Shown here: in pieces, positions 36,834 to 48,844 of the stretch | Numbering within the stretch: position 1 is the first letter of the stretch | Layout: every line of letters starts with the position of its first letter | NCBI RefSeq assembly: GCF_018350175.1 | Contig: NC_058368.1 | Span: 97,900,001-97,964,000, forward strand | Source of the DNA: Felis catus | Lineage: Eukaryota | Direction of reading: 5' to 3' | DNA length: 64,000 bases | The notes under the pieces: generated by a model | The model's input: the letters and a program-made list of their open reading frames with translations, nothing else | Database searches by the model: none | Told to the model about the DNA's origin: nothing | Position numbers and translations under genes: made by a program

Positions 36834-36852
36834 GTGGCGCCCCCTGCTGGCA
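36834..36852 (-). promoter_or_regulatory. Strong CTCF-binding motif
   Basis: Minus strand TGCCAGCAGGGGGCGCCAC contains the canonical core CCAGCAGGGGGCGC. Confidence 0.6.
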
Positions 36853-37509
36853 TAGCCATCCAAGTAAAGTCTGCCAAGGGATTGGAAAAGGTATTTGCCA
36901 CCCTCCCCTTCTTCAGTAGACATGTGGATTACCTGAGATCCTTGCTCCATGTTTGTGTAAGTAAATTTTATGTCGTTAGCACTGGGTTGATAAGAAGATT
37001 GAGATGTGTGTAAAAATGATCTGATATACAAATCATGTGGAACGTGACAATGTATGTGTTCTAACATTGAGAGCTCCAAAGTTGAAGGTCAAACAGTGGT
37101 TGAATAATTATTTTTAACCCACCATTGTGGCTCCCTTTGAAATCAATGCCTCTATCATTTTACTGTATAACTGTGTCTGGGCTTTAGCAGGGGAAAATAG
37201 CCTTGGGAACCCAACAGGGCATGCATAGCTGAATTCCAAATTGATTGTTGATGTAGCCCTTTGGATTGGGAAAGTCCAAACCATTCGTCTGCCTAATGTG
37301 TAGTCATTTGGTTACTTGCTGCCTTGGATGTTGTTCCCCTAATATTCTGAGGTAAAATGAAATAGCGCAGAATAAAAGTTTTGTTCTCACTAGTTTAAAA
37401 TCTGAGCCAGTTTGGCACTTCCTATATTGGGTGGAAATCAATCTGTGCTCCACTTTCAGAACTAAAATATGGCTTTGCGATGTTTAATGTTCAATGTTGT
37501 CTTCCTGCT

Positions 37510-37730
37510 CTGTGTTTGAATCCTTTTTCCCTTCATTTACTCATGGTGTGATGTTGGTCACGTTATTTAATTTCTCTGGGATTCAATTTCCTCACTGAAA
37601 AATTGGGGTAATATTAACATTTAATCTAATGAACTATGATGATGATGACTGTAATGTGTTTGGAAGAGTTCCTGGAACATAAATTCATGCAATATGTGTT
37701 AGCTGCTATTATTATTGTTGTTAGCATTAT
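37510..37730 (+). mobile_element. MIR
   Basis: gtttgaatcct...tgtgatgttggtcacgttatttaatttctctgg...tttcctcactgaaaaattgggg. Confidence 0.6.
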
Positions 37731-37846
37731 CTGTCTTGACACAGATCTGTAGCATTATTTTCTGAGTGTTTAATGTAACAGTATTTCTGTTAATCCAGTT
37801 TAATGATGAGCTGCTCGAATATCACATTTTTTAAACATTATTTCAG

Positions 37847-38060
37847 TTTTTATTTATTTATTTTTATTTTTTAGTTGAGAGAGAGTGCAGAGAGAGAAAG
37901 AGCAAGCAGGGGAGAGGGGTGGGAGGGGGGAGAATGTTAAGCAGGTTCCATGCTCAGCATGGAGCCTGATGCAGGGCTCAATCCTACTACCATGGGATCA
38001 TGACCTGAGCTGAAATAAAGAGTCGGATACTCATCTGACTGAGCCAGCCAGGTGAGCCTC
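37847..38060 (-). mobile_element. Can-SINE
   Basis: SINEC structure. Confidence 0.88.
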
Positions 38061-38205
38061 TAATCTAACATTTTATATGAAATATAAAGGCCCTAAGAAT
38101 AGTCTGCATGACCTGGCTGAGAGATAAGTTAAAATGTTTTGACCCTCTTAGGAGCTCTGACATCACTAAAGCCCAGAGCCTTTCTAAAGTTGATGTTCTT
38201 TGTTG

Positions 38206-38438
38206 TTTTTTTTTAATGAAAAAAATTTTTTTAATGTTTATTTATTTTTTGAGAGAGAGAGAGAGATAGAGTGCGTGCAGAGGAGGGGCAGAGAGAGAGG
38301 GAGACACAGAATCTGAAGCAGGCTCCAGGCTCTGAGCTATCAGCACAGAGCCTGATGCGGGGCTCGAACTCATGACCTGACAGATCATGACCTGAGCCAA
38401 AGTCGGAGGCTTGACCCACTGAGCCACCCAGGTGCCCC
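38206..38438 (-). mobile_element. Can-SINE
   Basis: SINEC structure; TSD ctaaagttga. Confidence 0.92.
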
Positions 38439-38699
38439 TAAAGTTGACTTTCTAAAAAGAAAATTGATATCCCTATCCATATCTGATTTGAAAACCATTT
38501 GGAAATATTAAGGACCTTAGTAAGGAATAACGATTTTGGTGATAATGCTGTGGACTTAGAGAGGTTGTTCTACCTCAAGAGCTAGAGGTACCTTATGTTC
38601 TTATTCCACATACTTCCCATGTACCCTGCACAGGAGTTTTGCACACAGATAGTATTGATGTAACAGATCTCTATCTCCTAGATTTATAGAAGAGCCTGT

Positions 38700-39121
38700 A
38701 AATATAATCCAGTATGATAAGGACTCTGGCTCTGTTTTTTGATGTTTGATTGCCAAAATCTTAAGCTTCCCCTCCCTCCCCCTCTGCCTCACTTCTGGAC
38801 TAGCTGCTTAGAAACTCTGGATCCTCCTTCCTTGATACTGCTGGGAAATTCAAACCACACAATACCCTGCCTGTGCCCATGAGTCCTCATGTCAGCCTTC
38901 CCCTCTGACTACTGTAAAAACCCACGGCAGTCTCCTTTTCCTGTCTTGCAAAGCGTTTTCAGACCAGCTTGCAAAGCCTTCCCTGCTTTCCCAGAAAGCC
39001 TCATTATGTAAGTAATAACCCTTTTGATACCCTCTTGCTATGAGTCATCAGTCTGGACCTTCCAACCAAATTTTGGGTGGTGGGGCAGGGTCTATCCTGT
39101 TTCTTCAGAGTGGCGACAACA
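38700..39121 (+). mobile_element. Old ERV LTR (MER54/MER74-like, family uncertain)
   Basis: cagaaagcctcattatgtaagtaataacc...ccaaattttgggtgg...gacaaca resembles an LTR R/U5 end. Confidence 0.4.
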
Positions 39122-39914
39122 CACAGATAGTAGCTTGAACTGAAAAGAACTAAGGTTTTTGTGTAGAAATGGCCGAGTCCAGGTCTAGGCAAGAAAAATA
39201 CAAGATAAGTCTGGGCTATTTTTGTTATGCCCTAAAGCAAGGAAGTGTTCGAAGACTAATGGGCTCATGTCAAAAGAATTAACAGAAGCCAGGATGAAGG
39301 GGCTTCCACTTGCCAAAATGGGGGCAATTTGAGCACTGAAAAGAATAATGATGGTAATGGATTATATCACATCAAATATAAATCTATAATGATACAGAGA
39401 AAGAAGAGGGGAAAGAGAGCGAGGGAGAGAGAGAGAGGAAATAAAAGGCAGAAGCTCTTCTTTATAAAAAATTATTAAGATTTTTAGAAGTCACCATTTT
39501 GCAGCCAAACGTAATTCAAGCAAAGATCATAAAATAATACGAAAACTTTTGAATAAAGTGTTGTTGAGATATTTGCATGGACTCAATGTATTATCCCAAA
39601 GATTATGTGTTTTAATTGCCAAGGAAAATTAAGCCCTGTGATAGATACATGATAACAGTAGGAGGTATACAGCATCACATGTAGTGGGTAGTACTTAGGA
39701 CAAAATAATTAACATGAACCTAATGGTGAAGAAGAATTAAATATAGAATGTGGGGTATGGTAGAAGGCAACTATCCTGAATTTTTCAATGTCATCAAAAC
39801 GAAAACGAAAAGCTGAGTGCTCTTCTAAAAGAGATTAAAGGTATTAAAGAGACATAGCCACATGTCATGTGTGAACCTTGATTTGATTCTAGAATGAAGA
39901 AGTAAAGTAATCTT

Positions 39915-40136
39915 TTTTTTTTTTAATTTTTTTTTTTCAACGTTTATTTATTTTTGGGACAGAGACAGAGCATGAACGGGGGAGGGGCAGAGAGAGAGGG
40001 AGACACAGAATCGGAAACAGGCTCCAGGCTCTGAGCCATCAGCCCAGAGCCCGACGCGGGGCTCGAACTCATGGACCGCGAGATCGTGACCTGGCTGAAG
40101 TCGGCCGCTTAACCGACTGCGCCACCCAGGCGCCCC
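39915..40136 (-). mobile_element. Very young SINEC_Fc
   Basis: Near-consensus with CpGs intact; perfect 18-bp TSD AAGAAGTAAAGTAATCTT (39897-39914 and 40137-40154). Confidence 0.96.
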
Positions 40137-40359
40137 AAGAAGTAAAGTAATCTTAAAAGTTATTTTCCATCAGTTGGGGAAATTTTAATGTGGATAAATG
40201 AAAGGGATGGTGTGGTTATGTAGGACACTCATTCTTAGCAGATATGTGATATTTAGGGATGAACTGACACAGTGTCTGTAACTTATTCTCAAATGTTTCA
40301 GCAAAAAAGTATATATATATTTTTATGTCAAAGAATAGAAGATTATCCCACATAAAAAA

Positions 40360-40488
40360 AGGAAGAAAAGAAAGAAGGAAGGAAGGAAGGAAGAATGGGA
40401 GGGAGGGAGGAAGGAAGGGAGGAAGGAAGGAAGGAAGGAAGGAAGGAAGGAAGGAAGGAAGAATGGGAGGGAGGAAGGATTGGAGGAA
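40360..40488. repeat. (GGAA)n/(GGGA)n polypurine microsatellite
   Basis: Seen directly. Confidence 0.9.
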
Positions 40489-41869
40489 ACAGAAATTAAA
40501 GCAAGTGTGACAGAATGTTAACATTTTGATGCATTGAGATGGATGGTATTTATTGTTCTCTTCCTTCAAGTTTTTTTCTGGGTTTTAAATTTCTTACATA
40601 AAAAGAAATTAAGGCTCAAAGCCCAAAATGAAATAGAAACAATAAAAGAGCTCCACAGGAGTGCCGATGCCCTCCAAATGCCCGTGTTACCTCCTCTGAA
40701 CACTTAACAGACTTGAACAGAATGTAATATTTGCACTTGAAAATTATTCTTAATGTAGAAAATAAACTGCAATTATTATGATGTCAAAAGACCTACCGCA
40801 CAGCAGCACACGTTCATGAATCAATGTTATCTGCCTCTGTCTCTGGCATCTATTTGGATTGCTTTGCCCTGAAAGCTGTATAAATATGTGCTCTCTGCCA
40901 ACAAGGACAAATAGACAACTGGCTTGGAAATCAAAAGATTTATGGTTGCTGTAAGTCTCCTTATTGTGGTACCTCGTTAATACCAGATTTGATTTGGGAG
41001 CGTCTTGCTCGAACTGCAAACGAGCCTTGACTTGCCTGGTTGGAGAGCCACTGGCAAGACTCACCTGTGATTAACATCTCTTTGCTCAAATAAGAACGAC
41101 TCCTCCAGGATGACATTTCTGACTTGTTCAGCTTGTGTTATTACATCTGAAAACAGCAGTAATTCCTCGTCCTGCTCCTGTGCCCTGAGACAATAATTGG
41201 CGGGCTCATTATCTTTTAAGACCCCGGAGGAATTTATCCTATTAAGACCGTGGACAAATGAGTACTTACCGAGATCTCTTTGACTTTGCAGTGCCTTTCC
41301 GCAACTTGTTATCATGCCTAATCTTTTTTCTCCATTCTGTGGTACTTTTTTTTTTTTTTTAAGATGACAACTTATTTTTCTTTTCCTCTTCTGAAAGGCT
41401 CTCTGTATGAAGAAGGATTGCCAGTCAGTGCGGTTTTATGAATTCAGGGTAAAATGTAATTGTAAGGGAATTCTCTGGCCTTACATACTCCATCCTCTGC
41501 CTGTGAGAGATGCGACTATTACCATCATATTCCGTGTCTGTTCCCATCTACTACATAACAATTTTTTGGTTCTTTCTTGTTTGTTTTTTGTGAATGTTCT
41601 TTGGATCCCAGTCTTCATTTTACTACCAATAATTTCTCCATGGCAGGAGCACAGCCTGCTCTACATGAAAATGAAAACCTGTAAGCCAGATAATAGACTC
41701 GGTGAATTTAAGGAACACGAGTTTTGGTGAGACTTCCTTATGCAAGGATTATTTGTTCCTGAAAACTGGAAAATTCCTGTGGAAGGAACACATACTTTCA
41801 AAGTGAAACCAAACTGGTGTCTCAATATCATATGAGTGTTTCCAGATAGCTAAAAGAAAGAAGCATAAA

Positions 41870-42085
41870 TCAGATTCACAGGACACAGGTTTGAATCCTG
41901 ACTTTTTGCCAGTTGTGTGTCACCTTTGAACAAACTGCCAGGCCTCTCTGAACCACAATTCCATGAAATAAATATAATAATCCCCACCACACAGGGACAT
42001 TGTAAAAGGGTTAGATTATGATGATGTCTATCAGTGAGTCCAGAAGTGTTAGGCTTTCAGTACATGTTGGTTGAAGGTGGATCTC
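41870..42085 (+). mobile_element. MIR
   Basis: ggtttgaatcctgact...tgtcacctttgaacaa...ctctctgaaccacaattcc. Confidence 0.55.
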
Positions 42086-42376
42086 TTGAGAATCTCTAAT
42101 ATCTGAATACTTAGCATGGAAAGGAAATTCACACCCTGACAAGCTAGCTAAACAAGTAGATTTATCTTTACTTAATACAAAGTCAAGGTAGATGCTGTGG
42201 TTCTTGGTCCAGGGGTTTATTGTCAACAGGGTTGGGTGGCTTCTCTGTCGATCATCTGGTCTTTCCTTAGAAGTCATCACAAAATGAGGGCTATGTCTCC
42301 TATCACAAGATCTGTGATCTTGGCAGAAAGAGGAGGAGAAGAGCAGTGACTCATATTTGTCCCCCCCCCCCCAACC

Positions 42377-42562
42377 TTTTAAAAATTATTTGAGAGAGAG
42401 AGCGAGCATGGGGGAAGGGCAGAGGGAGAGAGAGAGAATCTTAAGTAGACTCTATACTAAGCACGGATCCTGATTCAGGACTTGATCTCACAACCATGGG
42501 ATCATGACCTGAGCCACAATCAAGAATTGGTCACTGAACTGACTCAGCCACCCAGGCACCCC
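42377..42562 (-). mobile_element. Can-SINE
   Basis: SINEC structure. Confidence 0.88.
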
Positions 42563-42817
42563 TCAGATCTGTCCCTTTGATCCTAAAAACAGAGATTTTC
42601 CAGAAGCTCCAGTCCACTGCTCCTTATATTTCTCTTGCCATAACTGTGTCACATGGTCTGCTCTGGCTGCGATGGAAGCTGGAAATGGAGTGGTTGGCTT
42701 TCCCAGTCTCTGCTATGGAGGGTGGCAGAGGAGAAGAGGTTGGGAATGGGATTGGGTGTACCTGCCACACAGGGTTATCTGAGGAGGTAGGGAGGTGGTA
42801 TAAGAGCATGGACTTTA

Positions 42818-42990
42818 GGGGCACCTAGGTGGCTCAGGTCGTGATTTCGGCTCTGGTCATATATATTAATTATATATATACTATACATATGTATATACAC
42901 ATGATATACATATATATACACACACATATATATACATAATTTATACTTATATACATATGATATACTTATATATACCTATGATATATACAT
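42818..42990 (+). repeat. Can-SINE head fragment fused to a degenerate (TA)n tract
   Basis: ggggcacctaggtggctcag...ggtcat runs directly into TA/CA-rich low-complexity sequence. Confidence 0.75.
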
Positions 42991-43699
42991 AATTTCCATT
43001 ATCTGGTACATGGAAACTTTAATAAATTATAATTACTGATGAAATATTTTTAAAAGTTGTATTTTTGTTGTGATAGTCACTTGGCAATGAAATAGTAATA
43101 ATGAGTTAACCTATTAGAGATTTAAATGCATTCAATGTATAAAATTAAACAACAATATTACAAGGAGTGGAGAAAAACTTCCTAAGGGAGACAGAAAATT
43201 CTAACGTTTTGGAGAAAAGATAAACATTTGGCAACTGTCATGAGGTAATATTGGAAGGTTCCCATTTGGCTGATGTGCTCCCAACAGCAGTCTTCGTGAA
43301 GGTTCCTTCAAGGGAAGGTGTCTTCATTAACAGGTTTGATAATAGTGATGAATTGTTTTGAAGTAGTGATTTGAATCATGGCTTAGTGAGAGCTAGTTTC
43401 AATTGAATTGATTTAAGAGAGTTCATATTGTAAAGGGTTGAATTTTCGGCAGAATTAAATGTTTGAAGCTTTTTAAAATTATACTGATGGTAAAAGGTAA
43501 TTGAAATAAAAGTTTTGATTCTTTTACATCTCCTAGAACAACACATATCAATCTTCTGAAAAAATATCTTTCAATAAAAGATAAAGTACGGGTTGTATAC
43601 CTTTTGGAATAGGGACATTATAACACTAGAAATTTCTGCAAATGGGGCCACTAGATTCTTGGCAAATGAACTTTCATCTCAAGCTAGCTAGACTGCTGG

Positions 43700-43852
43700 A
43701 ATTGCAGGTAAACAATGGGTTCCTTTTTATTACAAGCATGTCCTAAATATTGCATGGGGAATGCTTATACTAAAATAATATCTATTGTTTTAACAAAAAT
43801 TCAAATTTAATTGGGCATCCTATATATTTAGTTGCCAAATCTGTCCAACCTA
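43700..43852. mobile_element. MER53-like MITE (partial)
   Basis: aagcatgtcctaaatattgcatggggaatgcttatactaaaa...ttcaaatttaattgggcatcc. Confidence 0.7.
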
Positions 43853-44378
43853 CCACAAGCGAATCTTAAAATCTGCCCAAGTCGTTTGTTACAGGAGCCT
43901 GGTTATGTCTTCCAGACTCTGAAGAGGAAGCAAGACTTTTGATGAGTGGCCATCATTTTGTTTTTCCCACTTTTCCACAATAACTAATCGGTCTTCCTTT
44001 CTAGATCTGAGGAAGGAGGGCAAAAATAAAACCTTGTGTGAATGCATTTCCCCTCTTAGCTGTTGAACACTTCCTTGCTATGATCAAGTCTATTTTTGGT
44101 GAACTTGTAAAACGACCTGGAGAGTAGAGGTAGAGGGACACGGAAAACTATCTGCTGTAACAATTGCCCCTGATTCCAAGGCATGAGACCTGGATATTGA
44201 TGAGGATCCACCACAGGTAGGGCTTTGACTTTTCACAATGCACTTACCTTTATGTATTTATTTACTTCAGTGTATAATGAACCTCATTTACCTCATAGGA
44301 TCTAACTTTATATCAAATGAGGTCATTTATGTGAAAGCACACCATAAATAAGCATTTTTATTAAGAGTCCGAAGTTAA

Positions 44379-44519
44379 GGGGCGCCTGGGTGGCTCCATC
44401 AGTTAAGTGTCCAACTCCTAGTTTCGACTCAGGTCATGATCTCATGGTTTGTGAGTTCCCTCTCTCTCTGCCTCTCCTCTGATCTCTCTATTTCTCTCTC
44501 AAAATAAATACACAAACTT
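44379..44519 (+). mobile_element. Internally deleted Can-SINE
   Basis: Head joined to (CT)n and tail. Confidence 0.85.
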
Positions 44520-44532
44520 AAGAAAAGAGTCT

Positions 44533-44750
44533 GGGGGTGCCTGGGTGGCTCAGTCGGTTTAAAGTCTGGCTTCGGCTCAGGTCATGATCTCGCGGTTACT
44601 GAGTTCAAGCCCCGCAAAGTGCTCTGTGCTGACAGCTCAGAGCTTAGAGCTCGCTTCAGATTCTGTGTTTCCCTCTGTCTGCCCCTCCTCTGCTTGCACT
44701 GTCTCTTGCTCTGTCTCAAAAATAAATAAACATTAAAAATAAATAAAAAT
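44533..44750 (+). mobile_element. Can-SINE inserted in the tail/TSD of the preceding SINE
   Basis: TSD AAGAAAAGAGTC (44520-44531 and 44751-44762). Confidence 0.9.
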
Positions 44751-44875
44751 AAGAAAAGAGTCACAGATTAAAACTAGGATCAAATCAAGATAAATGTGTG
44801 TAAAATTAGGGTTAATTTTGGTATTTAGTAATTTTCTAGGAATTTATTTATTTTATCTACTTTTAAAAATTTGTG

Positions 44876-45501
44876 CAAATTGGTGCAGCTGCTCTGGAAA
44901 GCAGTGTGGAGGTTCCTCAGAAAATTAAAAATAGACCTACCCTATGACCCAGCAATAGCACTGCTAGGAATTTATCCAAGGGATACAGGAGTACTGATGC
45001 ATAGGGCCACTTGTACCCCAATGTTCATAGCAGCACTCTCAACAATAGCCAAATTATGGAAAGAGCCTAAATGTCCATCAACTGATGAATGGATAAAGAA
45101 ATTGTGGTTTATATACACAATGGAATACTACGTGGCAATGAGAAAAAATGAAATATGGCCTTTTGTAGCAACGTGGGTGGAACTGGAGAGTGTGATGCTA
45201 AGTGAAATAAGCCATACAGAGAAAGACAGATACCATATGGTTTCACTCTTATGTGGATCCTGAGAAACTTAACAGGAACCCATGGGGGAGGGGAAGGAAA
45301 AAAAAAAAAAAGAGGTTAGAGTGGGAGAGAGCCAAAGCATAAGAGACTGTTAAAAACTGAGAACAAACTGAGGGTTGATGGGGGGTGGGAGGGAGGAGAG
45401 GGTGGGTGATGGGTATTGAAGAGGGCACCTTTTGGGATGAGCACTGGGTGTTGTATGGAAACCAGTTTGACAATAAATTTCATATATAAAAAAAATTAAA
45501 A
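44876..45501 (+). mobile_element. Young 5'-truncated felid L1 with open ORF2 C-terminus
   Basis: Uninterrupted ORF 44871-45263 ([34 protein letters not shown]...), G-rich 3' UTR, A-tail, TSD AAAAATTTGTG (44865-44875 and 45502-45512). Confidence 0.95.
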
Positions 45502-45785
45502 AAAAATTTGTGTATAGTATCTAACTGTTCATTAATTGCTGTTATTATGATTGTCTGCCTGAAAGAACTAATAAGATTCAGAGAGAAACTATTAAAACCA
45601 ATATAAGAGTTTATCAAGGTTGCTGCATACAACATCAACCTTCAAAAATAAGAAACTATTTCTCTATACCAGCAGTAATCAATTAGAAGTCTCCATAAAA
45701 CTATTATTCCATTCATAATTTAAATAAAATTATGCAGTATCCAGGACCTTTATGGAGAAAGGTACCAAAATGAAATCTTCAAATT

Positions 45786-46231
45786 TGTCTATATGTAAAT
45801 TGTCTATATGTAAATAGACAATGAACATGTGTCAAAGATTTTAAAGTCATTAATTAATGAGCAAACCACTCATGTCATGGTCAGTTCAAAGAGCACTTGA
45901 GAAGCCAGGGATTTATAGGCACTTTAACAGAGAAATATTAAGATACAAGGGCTGAATTGGTTATAAAACAAATGTCCCACAGACCTTGGATGTTTGGAGT
46001 TTTCTGTTTCATCAGACACAAAATTATTTGCATCTACTGGGTGCAATTTTAGAAATTAACATGTAACCTCACTAGGTCTGAGACATTTTATTAATAGTAA
46101 ACAGTGAAATAAACCAAGTGCATTCCATAGCAATTCTTTCCATTTGTGGTCTTCATCACAGAGTGATAGTGTAAGGATATTCTATGCATCTTTTTGGCCT
46201 TATTTCCAAGTTTCACATAAATTTCCTGACA
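45786..46231 (-). mobile_element. Solo-LTR-like insertion in the old L1
   Basis: TGTC...GACA termini; interrupts collinear L1; TATA-like TATAAAT on the minus strand. Confidence 0.45.
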
Positions 46232-46973
46232 CTTCAAAATTCTGGTGAAGGATATAAAAGATGATCTAAATAAATGGAGTGACATTTCATGCTCCTGGAA
46301 TGGGATGAATTCATATTCCTAAGATGTGGATTTTCTTCAATTCAGTATATAAATGAAATGCAATTTCAATCCAAATTCCAGTTAAGTATTTTAGAGGAAC
46401 TATTAAACTTTCAGTAAAAATTGTAGAGAGGAATAAAAGTCCATGGCTGCCTGTTGGTTAAAGGGAAGTCATAAAGATAGAGAGCTTGCCTGTCACGTAT
46501 TAAGACATACTACGAGGCCAAAGTGATAAAAGCAATGTGCTACTCATATTAAGATCAGATAAACGGGTAAGTGGAAGGAAATAATACACTCAGAAGAGAC
46601 TCATGTATCCACGGGAACTTAATAAACTTTAAAGGAGTTACCACAAATCAATGAAAATTGTTTAGTTGAAGTATTTGGGGAAAACTGGCTCACCATATGC
46701 AGAAAAATTAAAGTGGATCCCTACCTAACCCCCCAAAAAGGATGGATTCCAGATAGACTAAATATCTAAATTGAAAAGGGAAAACCATACAGCTGATAGA
46801 AGAGAATATATGAGATAATCCTTACAATCTAGGAATGGTGAAACCCTTCAAAAACTTCAAAAAGAAAATAAATGATTGATAACCATAATTGTATCAGAAC
46901 TAAAGCTTTCTGTTCATGAAGAATACCAGGGGCCAAATTAATAACACGAGTAACTGGAAGAAGGTGTTTTCAA

Positions 46974-47182
46974 ATTTTATTTTATTTTTTAAAATTATTT
47001 TTGAGAGAGAGAGAGAGCAAACAGGGGAGGGGCAGAGAGGGAGGGAGAGAGAATCCCAAGCAGGCTCAATGCTGTCAGCACAGAGCCTGACATGGGGCTT
47101 GATACCATGAAGCATGAGATCATGACCTGAAGGCTAAGATCAAGGGTCCTATGCTAAACCAACAGAGCTACCCACACACCCC
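46974..47182 (-). mobile_element. Can-SINE
   Basis: SINEC structure; 16-bp TSD AAGAAGGTGTTTTCAA. Confidence 0.92.
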
Positions 47183-47500
47183 AAGAAGGTGTTTTCAATA
47201 TCTAAAAGGGGCAAGGGAGTAATTAGTGAAAAGTTTCTGTATATTGACAAGTCAATTACTATAGTAGGGAAACAAAGAACATGAGCAAGTAATTTAAGGG
47301 AAAGAAAATTCTGAAAACCAACATGTGCCCAAAGCCATGCTGAAGATAATTGGAAGAATGCAGTTAAATTAACAATAGTAAAGTGGCAAAAATAAGAAAG
47401 CTGGGCAATTCTAAGCATTGTCAGGGAAGCAGGTATGCAGGAAGCTTCATGGGAGAGTAGACTGGTATAAGCATTCTGCACAGTCTGGCATGATGGATAC

Positions 47501-47504
<4 letters not shown>

Positions 47505-47539
<35 letters not shown>
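47505..47539. repeat. (TA)n microsatellite
   Basis: Seen directly. Confidence 0.95.
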
Positions 47540-47541
<2 letters not shown>

Positions 47542-48469
47542 CCTGGCAATTCTTCTCCTGAGACTTTATCTAAAAAAATTTTCAATCATATTTATAGCAT
47601 GAAATATATAAAGGTATTTACTGCAGTGTTGTTTACAATGGTGGGAGTTGGGGGCAGTTTGGGTAGACAGATGTGGAGAATACCTCCATAGGTTATTAAG
47701 GAAGCATTAGAAGGAGCACATCTGATGTATACATAGAAATTAGATCGGATCTTAAAAAGAAAAAAAAAAAAGCTTCATCCAAAAAAGTAGAAGCTGAATG
47801 AGATCTATAAGGATTTTCATAGTTTAACACAAATGCCAAGGAAATCACACATCACGTTTTTTAAGCACTTAATAATAAAAAGAATAAACCACAATAGAAT
47901 GGTTACTTTGGAGATTGGGATAAAATGTAATAAATAAATAATAAAACTGAAGAACCTCATATGGATCAGTGATAATAATGTGCCTTGAACTGAGGCGCAT
48001 TGTTAATATCTGGTGAATAAATAAAAAATAAAACGAAACATAACGATGCGCTGGAGGACCCTAAGCATTCATCACGATGGAAGAGTTACGACTTGCTAAA
48101 TTTACCAGCATGGTTGCCTTCAGGGGGATAGCCCACCTGGGAGGCGGCTGTAGGCTGATTCAGGGCTTTCACGTGCTCTGAGGTCAGAGACCAGCAAGAG
48201 ACATTCAGAAAGAAGGAGCACATTCGCCATCAAAACAGTTGTAGTCCCTTTTGTGCATATTGTTAAAATGCTGCAAATAGTTTTGGGTATCGGTCTTTGC
48301 CAGCAAGAACCCCACTGTTTCTTCATTTCTTCCCCTGTGTATTTAGCAGATTGTCTTCGTGGTTATTAACAACTCATGCTACTGTAGTTTTCCAGTATGC
48401 GAACCGCTTTGCTGAAACATGCTTTTGTTTCGTCTTTGCTACAGCTCCTCTGGAGGCCCTATCCTGCTA

Positions 48470-48600
48470 CTTTCACAGTTGAGAAGGCAAAGGCTGAGCG
48501 AGACAGATAACGCGCACGATGTCAGGTATCTGGGAAGTGATGGAAATGGAACTTGATGTCACGTCTTCTGGCTCGAAACCCCACGTTTTTCATCTAATGC
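48470..48600 (-). mobile_element. MIR fragment
   Basis: tttcacagttgagaaggcaaaggctgag...gtgatggaaatggaacttga. Confidence 0.5.
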
Positions 48601-48844
48601 TTCAGGCTGCTTTCATGCAAAGAAATATTTAGTCCTAACTGAAATTCAAGTGATTGAAGAAATGAAATTAATGAAATTTTTATATAGGTTTCTATTGCTG
48701 TCTTTGCAGAAATTAACTAAGAATCGGTAAAGAGCTAGTAGATATCTCAACCAGGGTAAGGCACTTTTTGGGTGGAAGTCTGAAAAACAGTGATAAATAA
48801 TGTAATTCCTTGGTCATTCACTACTGTTTGGAAACTATAATTCA

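Larger units (their letters stand above)
39160..40610 (+). mobile_element. L1MC-like 3' UTR, interrupted by a SINE and (GGAA)n
   Basis: gcaaggaagtgttc..agactaatggg..catgtcaaaag..ggggcttccacttgccaaa is an L1MC4/5-like motif. Confidence 0.65.
45560..47950 (+). mobile_element. Ancient L1 (L1M/L1ME-like) ORF2-to-3' remnant with nested insertions
   Basis: Degenerate ORF2 motifs (agagtttatcaaggttgctgcatacaa; gatctaaataaatggagtgacat; actggctcaccatatgcagaaaa). Confidence 0.7.

Noticed and set aside
44871..45263. 130-aa ORF as a host gene
   Set aside because: It is the L1 ORF2 C-terminus of a truncated element with no promoter or genuine start codon.
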